Shown here one piece after another: positions 12,219 through 26,017 of a stretch of 64,000 bases of DNA. The notes beneath the pieces were generated by a model, which was given only the letters and a program-made list of their open reading frames with translations, did no database searches and had not been told where the DNA came from. The position numbers were made by a program, and so were the translations under genes. The stretch is from the human T2T-CHM13v2.0 reference genome, Homo sapiens. Each line of letters starts with the position of its first letter. Positions within the stretch are counted from its first letter, which is position 1. The stretch lies in assembly GCF_009914755.1 (NCBI RefSeq), contig NC_060931.1. One strand, written 5' to 3'.

Positions 12219-13935
12219 AGCAGAGAAGATAACGGCACGGACGCCATCGGCCACGGCCAACCATCGCTCTGCAGAGAAGACAACGGCACGTACGCCATCG
12301 GCCACGGCCACCCATCGCTCTGCAGAGAAGACAACGGCACGGACGCCATCGGCCACGGCCACCCATCGCTCTGCAGAGAAGACAACGGCACGGACGCCAT
12401 CGGCCACGGCCACCCATCGCTCTGCAGAGAAGACAACGGCACGGACGCCATCGGCCACGGCCACCCATCGCTCTGCAGAGAAGACAACGGCACGGACGCC
12501 ATCGGCCACGGCCACCCATCGCTCTGCAGAGAAGACAACGGCACGGACGCCATCGGCCACGGCCACCCATCGCTCTGCAGAGAAGACAACGGCACGGACG
12601 CCATCGGCCACGGCCACCCATCGCTCTGCAGAGAAGACAACGGCACGGACGCCATCGGCCACGGCCACCCATCGCTCTGCAGAGAAGACAACGGCACGGA
12701 CGCCATCGGCCACGGCCACCCATCGCTCTGCAGAGAAGACAACGGCACGGACGCCATCGGCCACGGCCACCCATCGCTCTGCAGAGAAGACAACGGCACG
12801 GACGCCATCGGCCACGGCCACCCATCGCTCTGCAGAGAAGACAACGGCACGGACGCCATCGGCCACGGCCACCCATCGCTCTGCAGAGAAGACAACGGCA
12901 CGGACGCCATCGGCCACGGCCACCCATCGCTCTGCAGAGAAGACAACGGCATGGACGCCATCGGCCATGGCCACCCATCGCTCTGCAGAGAAGACAAGGG
13001 CATGGACGCCATCGGCCATGGCCACCCATTACTCTGCAGAGAACATAACGGCACAGATGCCATCGGCCACGGCCACCCATTGCTCTGCAGAGAACATAAC
13101 AGCATGGATGCCATCGGCCATGGCCACCCATCGCTCTGCAGAGAAGATAACAGCATGGACGCCATCGGCCATGGCCACCCATTGCTCTGCAGAGAACATA
13201 ACAGCATGGACGCCATTGGCCATGGCCACCCATCGCTCTACAAAGAAGATAACGGCATGGACGCCATCGGCCACGGCCACCCATTGCTCTGCAGAGAACA
13301 TAACAGCATGGACGCCATCAGCCACAGCCCCCCATCGCTCTGCAGAGAAGACAACGACATGGACGCCATCGGCCACGGCCCCCCATCAATCTGCGGAGAA
13401 GACAACAGCCACCCATCACTCTTCAGAGAAGATAACAGCATGGACGCCATCAGCCACAGCCCCCCATCACTCTGCAGAGAACATAATGGCACGGACGCCA
13501 TTGGCAATGGCCCCCCATCGCTCTGCAGAGAACGTAACGGCACGGATGCCATCGGCCACGGCCCCCCATTGCTCCACAGAGAAGATAATGGCACGGATGC
13601 CATCAGCCACAGCCACCCATCGCTCTGCAGAGAAGATAACAGCATGGACGCCATTGGCCACAGCCACCCATTGCTCTGCAGAGAACATAACAGCACGGAC
13701 GCCATCGGCCACGGCCCCCCATCGCTCTGCAGAGAACATAATGGCACGGACGCCATCGGCAATGGCCCCCCATTGCTCTGCAGAGAACATAACGGCACGG
13801 ATGCCATCGGCCATGGCCCCCCATCGCTCTGCAGAGAACATAACGGCACGGATGCCATCGGCCACGGCCCCCCATTGCTCCGCAGAGAAGATAACGGCAC
13901 GGACGCCATCGGCCATGGCCACCCATCACTCTGCA
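12219..13935. repeat. 51-bp CpG-rich VNTR, about 33 copies
   Basis: Unit gcagagaagacaacggcacggacgccatcggccacggccacccatcgctct. Confidence 0.97.
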
Positions 13936-14064
13936 GTGGCTCATGTTTCACTCCATCCGTCTCCCCTGCCACCCCTCCCTGTTTTCCAGGGTTGAGGGTG
14001 GAGTCAGTTAGAGAAAATCTACTACACCATATTCTGTGTATCTCTAGCAAATGAGGACTTATCT

Positions 14065-14200
14065 CATTTTATTTTATTTAGGGGAGACGGGGTCTTACTC
14101 TGTTGCCCAGGCTGGACGGCGGTGACACAATCACGACTCACTGCAGCCTCCACCTCCTGGGCTCAATGATTCCCCCGCCTCCATCTCCCACAGCACCAGG
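14065..14200 (-). mobile_element. Old partial Alu (AluJ/FLAM-like monomer)
   Basis: gagacggggtcttactctgttgcccaggctgga...ctcactgcagcctccacctcctgggctcaa. Confidence 0.8.
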
Positions 14201-14711
14201 ATCACCACAACTCACCCACATGAGGGCTTTAAAAAATGTCATCACAAACCCAGTATCACACCAGCAACATTAGTTAACAGCAACTGGTCTTTAATAATGT
14301 TCTAGTATCCGGTCAGTGCTAAATTCCATTAATTAAAAAAAAAGTCATCTTGTAGTTAATTTGTTTGAATTAATATCCAAGGAGGGTCCATCATACGTCT
14401 ACACAGCAATGGCGCACGCAGGGTGGATTCAGTGTTTGTGGTTTGCTATGAATCTGATGAGCCACCAAGAATCCAGGCTGAGTCTTCTGACCCCTTTCCT
14501 GATGCTTATTTCCTGAAAGCGTCCTTATCTGTTTGCACAGTATCCACGCTCTGCATTCCTCCTAACTCCAATGAACATCCCCAGAATCCCCAATGAGAAG
14601 AAACCGTGTCCCTCCCAGGGCTCCTCAGCATCTCGGGTGCAATGTCTCTGGACACTTCCAGCGGGCAGGTGTCTACCCTGGCCTTGATAAGCAGACACCA
14701 CTAGCCCTGAA

Positions 14712-15027
14712 AGCAAAGGTGCTACCTCGGCCTGCGGGACCACAGCGGATGCGCGGCCCCAGTCAGCACACGGTGAGGGGCGTTACCACCAAACCTCCCT
14801 CTCCAGGGCGAGCCTGGCCTGGGGGGAGTCACAGTAAAACTAGCATCAAAACTCCTTCCAAGTTCATTAGCAAAGGTGCTACCTCGGCCTGCGGGAACAC
14901 AGCGGATGCGCGGCCCCAGTCAGCGCACGGTGAGGGGCGTTAACACCAGACCTCCCCCTCCAGGGCGAGCCTGGCCTGGGGAGAGTCGCAGTAAAGCCAC
15001 CGTCAAAACTCCTTCCAAGTTCATTAT
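14712..15027. repeat. 157-bp tandem duplication (diverged)
   Basis: agcaaaggtgctacctcggcctgcggga... at 14712 and 14869. Confidence 0.9.
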
Positions 15028-16370
15028 TTACACCCTGAGTGTTCTCAGCAGGGCCAAAACTTCACACCTCTGACTGAATTTTCATCCATTTGGAAGGGTT
15101 CCGGGTCTCCTGGGAGTTTTAGAAATTGGGAGTGAGAAGACGTGGTTGAAAACTGAGGTGAAAGCTCTAAGAGAAAGTTAATTTGGTGTCTCCTGGGCAC
15201 TTCACAGCTCTGCAGTGCCCAGGGTTCCATTATGCGTCCCTCAGTGTGAAACACAGCAAACCTTATTAAATACCCTTCTAGCAAAATCCCCCATCCTCCG
15301 AGCTTGGCCTGTGCTCCGCTTCCTCCTTTCCTGCCCCAGACGCCACAGCAAACGTTATTTCCCCGACATCTGGTGGTTTTCAAAGGACAATGCTCAGACC
15401 AGTGCACCAGAAAGTGGGCCGGGCGAGTGATCTGCAGTCCATCGGGATGTCCAGGAGATGCTGACACAGGCTGAGAAGCTCGGCCCCCAGCTCCCAAAGC
15501 TTACCACGGCCACCTGGGGGAAAAGCTGCCATGTCTTAGAAATATTGACACTGGCCTCATTCCCTGAATTCTGATTTGTCAAGAGGTGTGGCCTGACCAC
15601 CCGGATCTTTTAAAGCTCCCCCGGTTTTTAAAAGCTCTAATAGTCAGCAAAATGCAAAACCACGCCCCCACCCAACAGCCCCATGATGTCCCACGAAGTC
15701 GACCGCCGGAGCCCTGACACCAGCATCACCCTCTCGTGCGGTCTCCCAACAGCCCTGCAGAGCCAGAACCATGATCGTCCCCACTGCACACCTCGGAGAG
15801 CTGAAAGTTGCACAGTTATTTACTGAGTAGATTTGGGATTCAAATCCAAATCCTACTGTGAAGCTGGTACCCCCATAACACCAGGCTGGGCGGGCTCCAC
15901 GCTGCCTAAGAGCAGAGACTCTGCCTCATTTCCCCTTCTAGTCCCAGCAACCAGCACAGAGTGAGACCTCAGCACACTAACCGTGGACACACCTTTGATC
16001 CCAGGGCCCCCTGAGGACTGCGTGATGTTCAGAGGTGCACCCTCCACGCAGCACAGGCCAGACAAGGGAAACTGCAGGGAGCATTGGCAAAGGACACACG
16101 TGGGGAAGACACGAGAGGCAGGAGATGGCAACATCTGTGGGGGCACAGGAGAGAGAGGACAGGGTGCCGCGGCCATCACAGGGTGACACCGGAGCCTTGG
16201 TGTGGCTGCCCTGGGCTGGACTTGCTGCACACACAGGGCCACGAGGACTTTGGGACCACACGTGCTGATGTCTCCACTGTCCAGAGGAAGACACCAAGGC
16301 TTGAGGCTGTGGCTCCAAGTGCACACAGTTGCACAAGCACACATGCATGCTGCACCACAACACCCAGATG

Positions 16371-16597
16371 AGAATCCAGAGCCCCCACTGCCTGGGATGA
16401 ATGGGCTCCAGAATCCAGAGCCCCCACTGCCTGGGACAAACGGGCTCCAGAATCCAGAGCCCCCACTGCCTGGGATGAATGGGCTCCAGAATCCAGAGCA
16501 CCCGCCTGGGACGAACGGGCTCCAGAATCCAGAGCCCTCGCCTGGGACGAACGGGATCCAGAATCCAGAGCCCCTGCCTGGGACGAACGGGCTCCAG
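16371..16597. repeat. 36/39-bp minisatellite, about 6 copies
   Basis: Unit agaatccagagcccccactgcctgggatgaatgggctcc. Confidence 0.9.
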
Positions 16598-16902
16598 GGG
16601 CCCGCAAAAGGACGTCGGCTCTGCACCACCCCTACCTATTACTCTATACTGAGCCGCAAACCCATGCACGCCTCAGTCCAAATGTCATAGCTTCTCTTTC
16701 TCCCACTACCCTGAGGGCCACACACACATGACTCGGAGAAAGGCCACAGCCTATGTGTCACAGGATCTCCCTAAATGTCCAGTGGCCCCTGTCCAGCCGC
16801 TGTGGCTGCCCACATCATGGTGCTGGGCCCTGCCGTTTCTCCATCATAGAACCACCAAGAGGCAACCGAGAAACCCAGGAGCATGGCAACATCCACAGTC
16901 TC

Positions 16903-17778
16903 CAGGATGGGGCCCTATCTACATGCTCCTCCTAGAGGGTCTGTGTGCCGTGAGCACAGGAGGGTCATCCAGCTGCAGGATGGGACTCTATCTACAAGTT
17001 CCTGCTACAGTGCCTGTGTGCCGTCAGCACAGGAGGGTCATCCAGCTGCAGGATGGGACTCTATCTACATGCTCCTCCTAGAGGGGCTGTGTGCCGTGAG
17101 CACAGGAGGGTCATCCAGCTGCAGGATGGGACTCTATCTACAAGTTCCTGCTACAGTGCCTGTGTGCCGTCAGCACAGGAGGGTCATCCAGCTGCAGGAT
17201 GGGACTCTATCTACATGCTCATCCTAGAGGGGCTGTGTGCCGTGAGCACAGGAGGGTCATCCAGCTACAGGATGGGACTCTATCTACAAGTTCCTGCTAC
17301 AGTGCCTGTGTGCCGTCAGCACAGGAGGGTCATCCAGCTGCAGGATGGGACTCTATCTACATGCTCCTCCTAGAGGGGCTGTGTGCCGTGAGCACAGGAG
17401 GGTCATCCAGCTGCAGGATGGGACTCTATCTACAAGTTCCTGCTACAGTGCCTGTGTGCCGTCAGCACAGGAGGGTCATCCAGCTGCAGAATGGGACTCT
17501 ATCTATAAGTTCCTGCTACAGGGTCTGTGTGCCAAGAGCACAGGAGGGTCATCCAGCTACAGGATGGGACTCTATCTACAAGTTCCTGCTAGAGGGTCTG
17601 TGTGCCGAGACCACAGGAGGGTCATCCAGCTGCAGAATGGGACTCTATCTACATGCTCCTCCTACGGGGGCTGTGTGCCGAGACCACAGGAGGGTCATCC
17701 AGCTCCAGGATGGGACTCTATCTACATGTTCCTGCTACGGGGGCTGTGTGCCGTCAGCACAGGAGGGTCATCCAGCTG
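16903..17778. repeat. 73-bp VNTR, about 12 copies, partly organised as 146-bp dimers
   Basis: Unit caggatgggactctatctacaagttcctgctacagtgcctgtgtgccgtcagcacaggagggtcatccagctg. Confidence 0.95.
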
Positions 17779-18350
17779 TCCGGAAATGAAAGCTCACAGT
17801 CACCAAGCATACGCAGTGCCATCTGATGAGAATTCATCTGCTCTGTCCTGCACGGTCCCATGGGAAAGTCAAGCCACGGCCCCAGCTCCCTTCCTCAACC
17901 ATCGTTCATGATCGAGCTTATTCTGATGTTGATGCAAGAAATGTTCCACCCACCTTTGGCTGGCAAAGCCTGCCTAGAAATATACAAGAACAGATAGTAG
18001 TTCCAGTAAAGCACAGAGTACCTCAAAATAGAAGACATTACAGAGAGAAACGTGTGCACGCTGGCAGCTAGCTGAAAAGTCAGCTGATCCACATAAAGTT
18101 GGTTAGGAAAAATCTTCTAGAGATGCAGACCATCATTGCACAAACTACAACATCCTCAAACCCAAGACACACTGCAGAGAAATAACAGCTCTTCCTTTCT
18201 ACTATGGAGGATTCTGCCCGACAGTCATGTGGCTTCACTTAAGATCAGAAGTGACCTGGTCAAGAAGCATAGAAGAAACCTCAAATTTCCAAATTCCCAG
18301 TCTTTCATTTTTTTCTTGGTTCTATGAGCAATAAAATCTTACAGCATAAA

Positions 18351-18760
<410 letters not shown>

Positions 18761-19101
18761 TCAAATTCATTCTGTAGCCTCGGGGCTGTCTCCTGCCACT
18801 CCCACTGGGTACTACACGCGAGCATTTCCCGGAACCATGGAAAGAGCCTCTTGGCCACCTGCTGTAGAGGCTGACTGCACTGTTCCCTGCTATGCTTGGT
18901 CATATGGGTTGTTTTAAAGTTTTTCAACATTATAAATAAAGCTGTAACAAACGTGCTTTCAATTATTTTTCACCCACATTTTAAAAACACGTCTTTAGTG
19001 TGGGTTCCTACAGTCTGAGTTACTGAGCCTAAAGACACTGGCATATTTGTGACTTCCAAGGAAACAACCCATACTCACCCCATGGCAGAGAATCCCTGCC
19101 T

Positions 19102-19373
19102 TGCTGCAGGAGCCGGCGCTTGGGTGAACGCCTCCCGTCCTTGCATAGAACCGCCTGGGTGCTTCGGTTCGTACTTCTCCTTCCATGCTTTCAGACCCTC
19201 TGTGCTTCCTCCCGCGTGACCCGCCCACGCCCTGTGCTGCAGGAGCCGGCGCTTGGGTGAACGCCTCCCGTCCTTGCATAGAACCGCCTGGGTGCTTCGG
19301 TTCGTACTTCTCCTTCCATGCTTTCAGACCCTCTGTGCTTCCTCCCGCGTGACCCGCCCACGCCCTGTGCTGC
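19102..19373. repeat. 133-bp perfect tandem duplication
   Basis: tgctgcaggagccggcgcttggg...cccacgccctg starts at 19102 and again at 19235. Confidence 0.93.
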
Positions 19374-20604
19374 TCTGCTTTCTAGGTCCACACACCAGGG
19401 CCCCTCTCTGGGACCATCTTGCCCCAGGCTTTGATCCCAACACTCGCCCTATATCTCCAAATAAAAATAAATTGTTGGGTTCTTTCTGGAGGAGTTTGGG
19501 TGAGCTTGTTTATCCCAGGATGTCACTTCTCAAAGGCAGTGCAGATCCTCATACAGCGGGCTGATGCTCCTGACCACCTCCCTCCCAGCAGGCCCATAAA
19601 GACCCTCAGACGCCATGCACCGGAGGCCCCTGTGGCTTCTACTATCTGGCATTTGTCTGGTGTGCTGGCATCATCTATACCACACCCGGCCTCTGTCACA
19701 CCTTCTGCTCTCACATGATGTGATACCGTACTTGCATTTGACAGAAAACACACAGAGTCCTAGAGATGATATGTGAAAATTAAGGGGTGCCTGGTCCTGT
19801 CTCGGCCATGAAAATGGTGGTAGAGAAAGAGGGAACACCTGCCTGTTAGCTTTCCTGAGGATGACAAGTCATTTACTGCCTTAAAACTAAGACAAAAAGG
19901 AGTGGCTCCTCAATGAATTCCTCTCCCCTCCTTCCACCCTGAGACGTGTCATATAGCTGCCTCAGGCCCTGTGTTTCTCACGTAAAACCTGTGCTGATGA
20001 CAGGTTCATTTTCAAACACAGGAAGGATGTCCAGCTCACAGTCCGCAAAACTACAAGCTAAGCTGCCTACGATTGTGTGGGGATCCAGGAAAACAGAGGA
20101 TGAGTTGAAGGTTGGGACACAGACCCCTTCAGGCAAATCCATACACAGCTCAGTTTTATTGAAGAAAATCAATAACATAAATTATTTCAAATAGCAGTGC
20201 AACAACTTGGGGGTTACATTTATTTTATTCAGCACGAATAACTGGTTCTATTCCCTTGTGCTCATTTTAGCAGTGATGATTTGAACTCAGAACCACAAGC
20301 TATTGGAGCTTGAGTCTTAAAAGATCATTAGTTTCATGTTTCCCCAGCCTGGCTGCACATTACAGTCAACTGTACTAAAACCATAAACCCCAAAGCCCCA
20401 GATGGGAGATGCCGACTTGGTCAGTCTGGTATAGGATCTGGATCTGTGTACTTTTATAAGCTTCCTACATGGTTCTAGTCATTTGGGCAACACCAGGTAG
20501 ACCAAGCCCCTCAATATGCAAGTACAGAACTGGAGGGCCAAAAGGGCAGGTGAGCCCATCATCCCCTAACTCCATCTTTTCTCATTTCTGTCCCCCACCC
20601 CAAA

Positions 20605-22140
20605 TCATCACCATTGTCACCATCATCATCATTACTATCATCACCATCACCATCAGCATCATTACTATCATCACCATCACCATCAGCATCTCATCATCAT
20701 TATCATTACCATCACGACCATCATTGTTGTCATCATCACCATCACCATCATTGTCATCACCATCATGTTGTCATTATCATTACCACCATCATCACCATCA
20801 TCATTACCATTACCATCACCACCATCATCACCATCATTGTCATCACCATATCATCATCATTGTTATCACCATCCTCATTGTCATCATCATTGTTGTCAAT
20901 ATCACCGTCACCATCATCATTGTTATCACCATCATTGTTATCATCAACACTATCATCATCATCATCACCATCATCGTCATCACCATATCATCACTATCTT
21001 CACCATCATCATCACCATCATCATCCTTACCATCGCCATCATTGCCATGCCATTTAGTAAACAATCACTTCATCATCACCGTCATCATCCTTACCATCGC
21101 CATCATTGCCATGCCATTTAATAAATAATCCTTCATCATCACCATCATCATCCTTACCATCGCCATCATTGCCATGCCATTTAGTAAGTAATCACTTCAT
21201 CATCACCGTCATCATCCTTACCATCGCCATCATTGCCATGCCATTTAGTAAGTAATCACTTCATCATCACCGTCACCATCCTTACCATCACCATCATTGC
21301 CATGCCATTTAGTAAATAATCCTTCATCACCACCGTCATCATCCTTACCATCGCCATCATTGCCATGCCATTTAGTAAATAATCCTTCATCATCACCGTC
21401 ATCATCCTTACCATCGCCATCATTGCCATGCCATTTAGTAAATAATCCTTCATCACCACCGTCATCATCCTTACCATCACCATCATTGCCATGCCATTTA
21501 GTAAATAATCCTTCATCATCACCATCATCATCCTTACCATCACCATCATTGCCATGCCATTTAGTAAATAATCCTTCATCACCACCGTCATCATCCTTAC
21601 CATCGCCATCATTGCCATGCCATTTAGTAAATAATCCTTCATCATCACCGTCATCATCCTTACCATCGCCATCATTGCCATGCCATTTAGTAAATAATCC
21701 TTCATCACCACCGTCATCATCCTTACCATCGCCATCATTGCCATGCCATTTAATAAATAATCCTTCATCATCACCATCATCATCCTTACCATCGCCATCA
21801 TTGCAATGCCATTTAGTAAGTAATCACTTCATCATCACCGTCATCAACCATACCGTCACCATCATTGCCATGCCATTTAGTAAACAATCACTTCATCGTC
21901 ACCATCATCATCCTTACCATCACCATCATTGCCATGCCATTTAGTAAATAATCCTTCATCACCACCATCATCATCCTTACCATCGCCATCATTGCCATGC
22001 CATTTAGTAAATAATCCTTCATCATCACCATCATCATCCTTACCATCGCCATCATTGGCATGCCATTTAGTAAACAATCACTTCATCATCACCATCATCA
22101 TCCTTACCATCGCTATCATTGCCATGCCAATGAGTAAATA
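20605..22140. repeat. Degenerate (CAT/CAC)n microsatellite grading into a 63-bp VNTR (about 18 copies)
   Basis: Unit catcatcaccgtcatcatccttaccatcgccatcattgccatgccatttagtaaataatcctt. Confidence 0.95.
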
Positions 22141-22950
22141 TCACCAGTGCCAGATTCTGTGCTACACCCTTATGCTCATTATCATTGACCTTCAGATCAA
22201 TGTATTATCTCCATTTTAGAGATAAGGGAGTTGAAGTTCAGAAAGGCTAAGTAATTTTCTTAGGATAACACAGCTAGTTACAGAGGCTATGGTGTTCTTA
22301 TCGCAGACTGGAGCTAAGCTGCTGAGATACAAGTCCAGATTCCAGCACCAATCAGCTGTGTGGCTGTGGACATTTCCTAAAGCATGCTGGGCCTCCTCTC
22401 CTGGGCCTTGTATGTGGAGATACTAAGAGTGCCCATCTTGCAGAGTTTGTGCGAAGTGACACTCTGGTGGCTCTCCAGCCTTCAAATCCAGTCCTATCAA
22501 GATCCATCATGATTACTCCCCCAGAGACTGTCTCGATTCTCCCACTGGATGTCTCTTCTTTCCCACCCCGTGACCCCTTTGAATTCTTAAAATGCTTTCT
22601 TGGTTCTTCATTCATACGACACCCCTTACTCCCTTACTGTATCTCCTGTACACATCATTTATTTACCACTTTATCCCTGCAGTAGACAGAAGCTCATGAG
22701 GGCATTTTTTCATTATGATAACTGTTTTCACTAACATTCCTGAGCATCTAATCTATGCCATCTAATCTTTAGTAGATACTGTACTAAATATTTTATTTGC
22801 AGTATCACATTAAATCTTACTACAAAGAAGGCATTATTGCTATGCTTACTTTAGAGACAAGCAAACTGAGGCTTAGAAAGAGTCAGTACTTGGAAGCACT
22901 GAAAGGCTCAGCTCTCACAGTCCAAGTACCAGCTGTTTAACCACTGCACA
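22140..22950. mobile_element. MIR/L2 relics
   Basis: attatctccattttagagataagg...aaggctaagtaa; ttactttagagacaagcaaactgaggcttaga. Confidence 0.55.
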
Positions 22951-23309
22951 GTTTATATCCTTCCCAAGACACTGCCCTGAATGCATTGATCCAGGGGCCT
23001 CCAGTGGATGCTTGGGAAAAGCCAGCTACCTGCCACATGTGTGCTGGACTTGGGCTGGGCAAAAACAAACCTGGTCTCTGATCACGTAAGCCTAGAACCC
23101 AGAAAGCCAGCAGTTATGGGTGCAGTCATGTGGGCTAAGCTACTTTGCCTGGGGACCCGCAGTCACATGTGCTGAGCAGCTTTACATACTTTCAGGCCTT
23201 GAACCCAGATCCCTGCCTCACGCCTCACACACCCCACTTCCTGTTGCATGACGCATCCATGCAGTAATAAAATGGACATCCTTAAAGCAGATAACAAAAT
23301 CCAACTCAT

Positions 23310-25010
23310 CATTTTGTAAAATTTTTGGATGTACATTTGAGGCGTGCAACATGATGTTGGATACATACATGCATACTGAGGTGGCCACTGTGGTCAAGAG
23401 TTAACACCTCTGCCTCCACCCTCTCCTAGAGGCACCCTCTGGGCAAATTACCAGTAAACAATCCAATGTTGTTACTACATACAGTCCTCACGCTGTGCAT
23501 TAGGCCCCTGGGCTCACTCCTCCCACAAAACTGCAGCTTCCTACCCTCTCATCCACATCTTCTCATTCCTCGCCACTCCCACCCCCCAAACCATAACCAG
23601 CTTTCCACTCTCTGTTTCTATGTAGTCAACTTTTTTTTTTAAGATTCTACATATGTGTGAGATCATGCAGTATCTGCCTTTCTGTGCCTGGCTTATTTCA
23701 CTTACTTCACACTATTTACAACATCATGTCCTCCAGGTTCATCCATGTTTTGAAAATGACAGGATCTCCTTTTTTAAGGCTGAATAGTATCCATTGTGTA
23801 TGTATACCACAATTGCTCTATCCATTCATCCATCAGAAACACCTGTACTGTCTCCATGCCCTGGTGAATAGTGCTGCAATGAGCATCAGGGTGCAGACAC
23901 CTCTTCTGCCCATTTAATTTCTTCTGGATCTATAACCAAAAGAGGCGTTGATGGTAGCACTGTTTTTAATTTCTTGAGGAACCTACACACTGTTTCCATA
24001 AACAGTGTGCAAGTTGGCCAGGTGCAGTGGCTCACGCCTGTAATCCCAGAATTTTGGGAGGCTGAGGCGGGTGGATCACTTGAGGTCAGGAGCTCAAGAC
24101 CAGCCTGGCCAACACGGTGAAACCCCATCTCTACTAAAAATATAAAAATTAGCTAGGCATGGTGGCACATGTCTGTAATCCCAGCTACTCGGGAGGCTGA
24201 GGCAGGAGAATCACTTGAACCCAGGAGGCAGAGGTTGCAGTGAGCTGAGATCGTGCCACTGTAGGACAGAGCGAGACTGTCTCAAACAAAGCGTCCAAGT
24301 GTCCCTTTTCTCTACACACTTGCCAACACTTGTTATCTTCTGTCTTTTTGATAAAAGCCATTCTCACAGGTGTGAGAGGGTAAGTCACTGGGGCTCTGAT
24401 GTGCGTTTCCAATGATTAGTGATGCTCAGCACCTTTCCCATACCTGTCAGCCATCTGTATGTCCTCTTTGGAAAAATGTTCTATTCAGGTCCTTTGCCCT
24501 TTTTAAAATTGGAGGGTTTGGGGGTTTTTTGGCTTTTGGGTTTTTTTGTGTGTGTTGTTTGTTTGTTTGTTTTGCTATTGAGTTGAGTGAGTTCCTTATA
24601 TATTTTAGATATTAACACCTTATAGATCTATGGTTTTTCAACATTTTCTCCCGCCCTGTAGGCTGCCTTTTCATTTTGATGGTTTCCTTTACCGCACGGC
24701 AGCTTTTCAGTTTGATATAGTCCCACTCATTTATTTTGCTTTTGTTGCCTGTGCTTTTGGGTCTTGTCCAAAACTTCTTGCCGAGACCAATGTCAAGGAG
24801 CTCTTCCTGTATGTTTTCAGAGTTTTACAGTTTCAGATCTTGTGTTTGGGTCTTTAACCAATTTTGGGCAGATTTTTGAGAACGGTGTAAGATAAGGTCC
24901 CATTTCATTCTTTTGAGTGTGGATGTCCAGTTTCCCCGAAACCATTTAAAGAGACGGCTCTTACCCCAGAGTCTGCTTCACACCTAGTTGACCATATATG
25001 GTCAGGTTTA
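23310..25010 (-). mobile_element. L1MA/MB-type 3' portion interrupted by an Alu
   Basis: gagatcatgcagtat...ctggcttatttcactta...tccaggttcatccatg...aggctgaatagtatccattg; ttttgcttttgttgcctgtgctttt. Confidence 0.85.
24016..24290 (+). mobile_element. AluS inserted in L1
   Basis: ggccaggtgcagtggctcacgcctgtaatccc...gagactgtctcaaa. Confidence 0.92.
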
Positions 25011-26017
25011 TTTCTGGGCTCTTTGTTCTGTTCCCATCTCATCCTTTTACATGGCGTGTGTTTAAGTCACTGGCCAAAACTTGGGTAATTCTGCTGCCAA
25101 AGACCTGGGAGCCCCTGGGGAAGGCCCTCTTGATGTTTCTGTTGCTGTTGCGTTTGTTACACTGTGGCAAGCTGTTCAAATTCTTGCTTTCACCGCCACC
25201 CATTTACCCTGTGCTACTTTACGGTAGCTAGTCTAGGATGCAACTGGAATTGTGGGGCTCAAGTGAAACAATGTGCGTAAAATCTCCCGGAAATTATAAC
25301 TCACACTGCATGTATAAGCAAAAATTGTGGCATTTTTACAGTCTTCCTACATCTTCAGCTAATAGCCTTAATAACAAAACACAGAATATTGTCACTCAAT
25401 TAGACTAGGGTTATTTACCTAAGACAATTTTGCATTGCAATTTGCAAATTCTTAAATGGCAAATTAGTCATTTGCATTGATTTGCATGTCCACAGAGAAA
25501 TATCTTTCATGCTAATTATGTTTTTGCTAACAAACCATAGAAGTAATAATGAGGAAACTGAATTCCCTCACCGCACCTTTGGCTTTGTTACACAAAGCAC
25601 AGCTGGCGTTTCAGGGTGGGAGGGTTTCATCAGGATCGTCTTGCCCAGAGCTCCTCAACTCTGATAGCACATTACAGTCACCTCGGGAAGCTTCAGAGAA
25701 AAAGAAAGGACGGCAAAGCCTGGGTCCCGCCCCCACCCCGCCCCTTGCCGCCCTCAGCTGACATTCTGATTCACTGGCGCCAGGTTATGTCTGGGCATCA
25801 GTATTTTTCAAAGCTTCCAGGTGTTTCCAGGTGTTACCACCGGCATGGCTGACCCCCTTGTTTTGCACGTAAGAAATCCAACGTGCACAGAGCTGTGGCT
25901 TGAATAGAGAGGGGTGCGCAGGGTGGTGGCAGGGCAAGACAAGCCCAAGCTTCCTGACTGATGCCCAGTCCCCTATGCTTGTCCCACAAAGATCGAGACT
26001 CTATTGTGCATACAGGC

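Noticed and set aside
10836-17778. Regular repeat arrays as CRISPR-like loci
   Set aside because: Head-to-tail tandem units with no unique spacers and no cas genes; these are human minisatellites.
20469-22219. Poly-His/Ile/Ser/Met ORFs
   Set aside because: Products of the (CAT)n-derived repeat.
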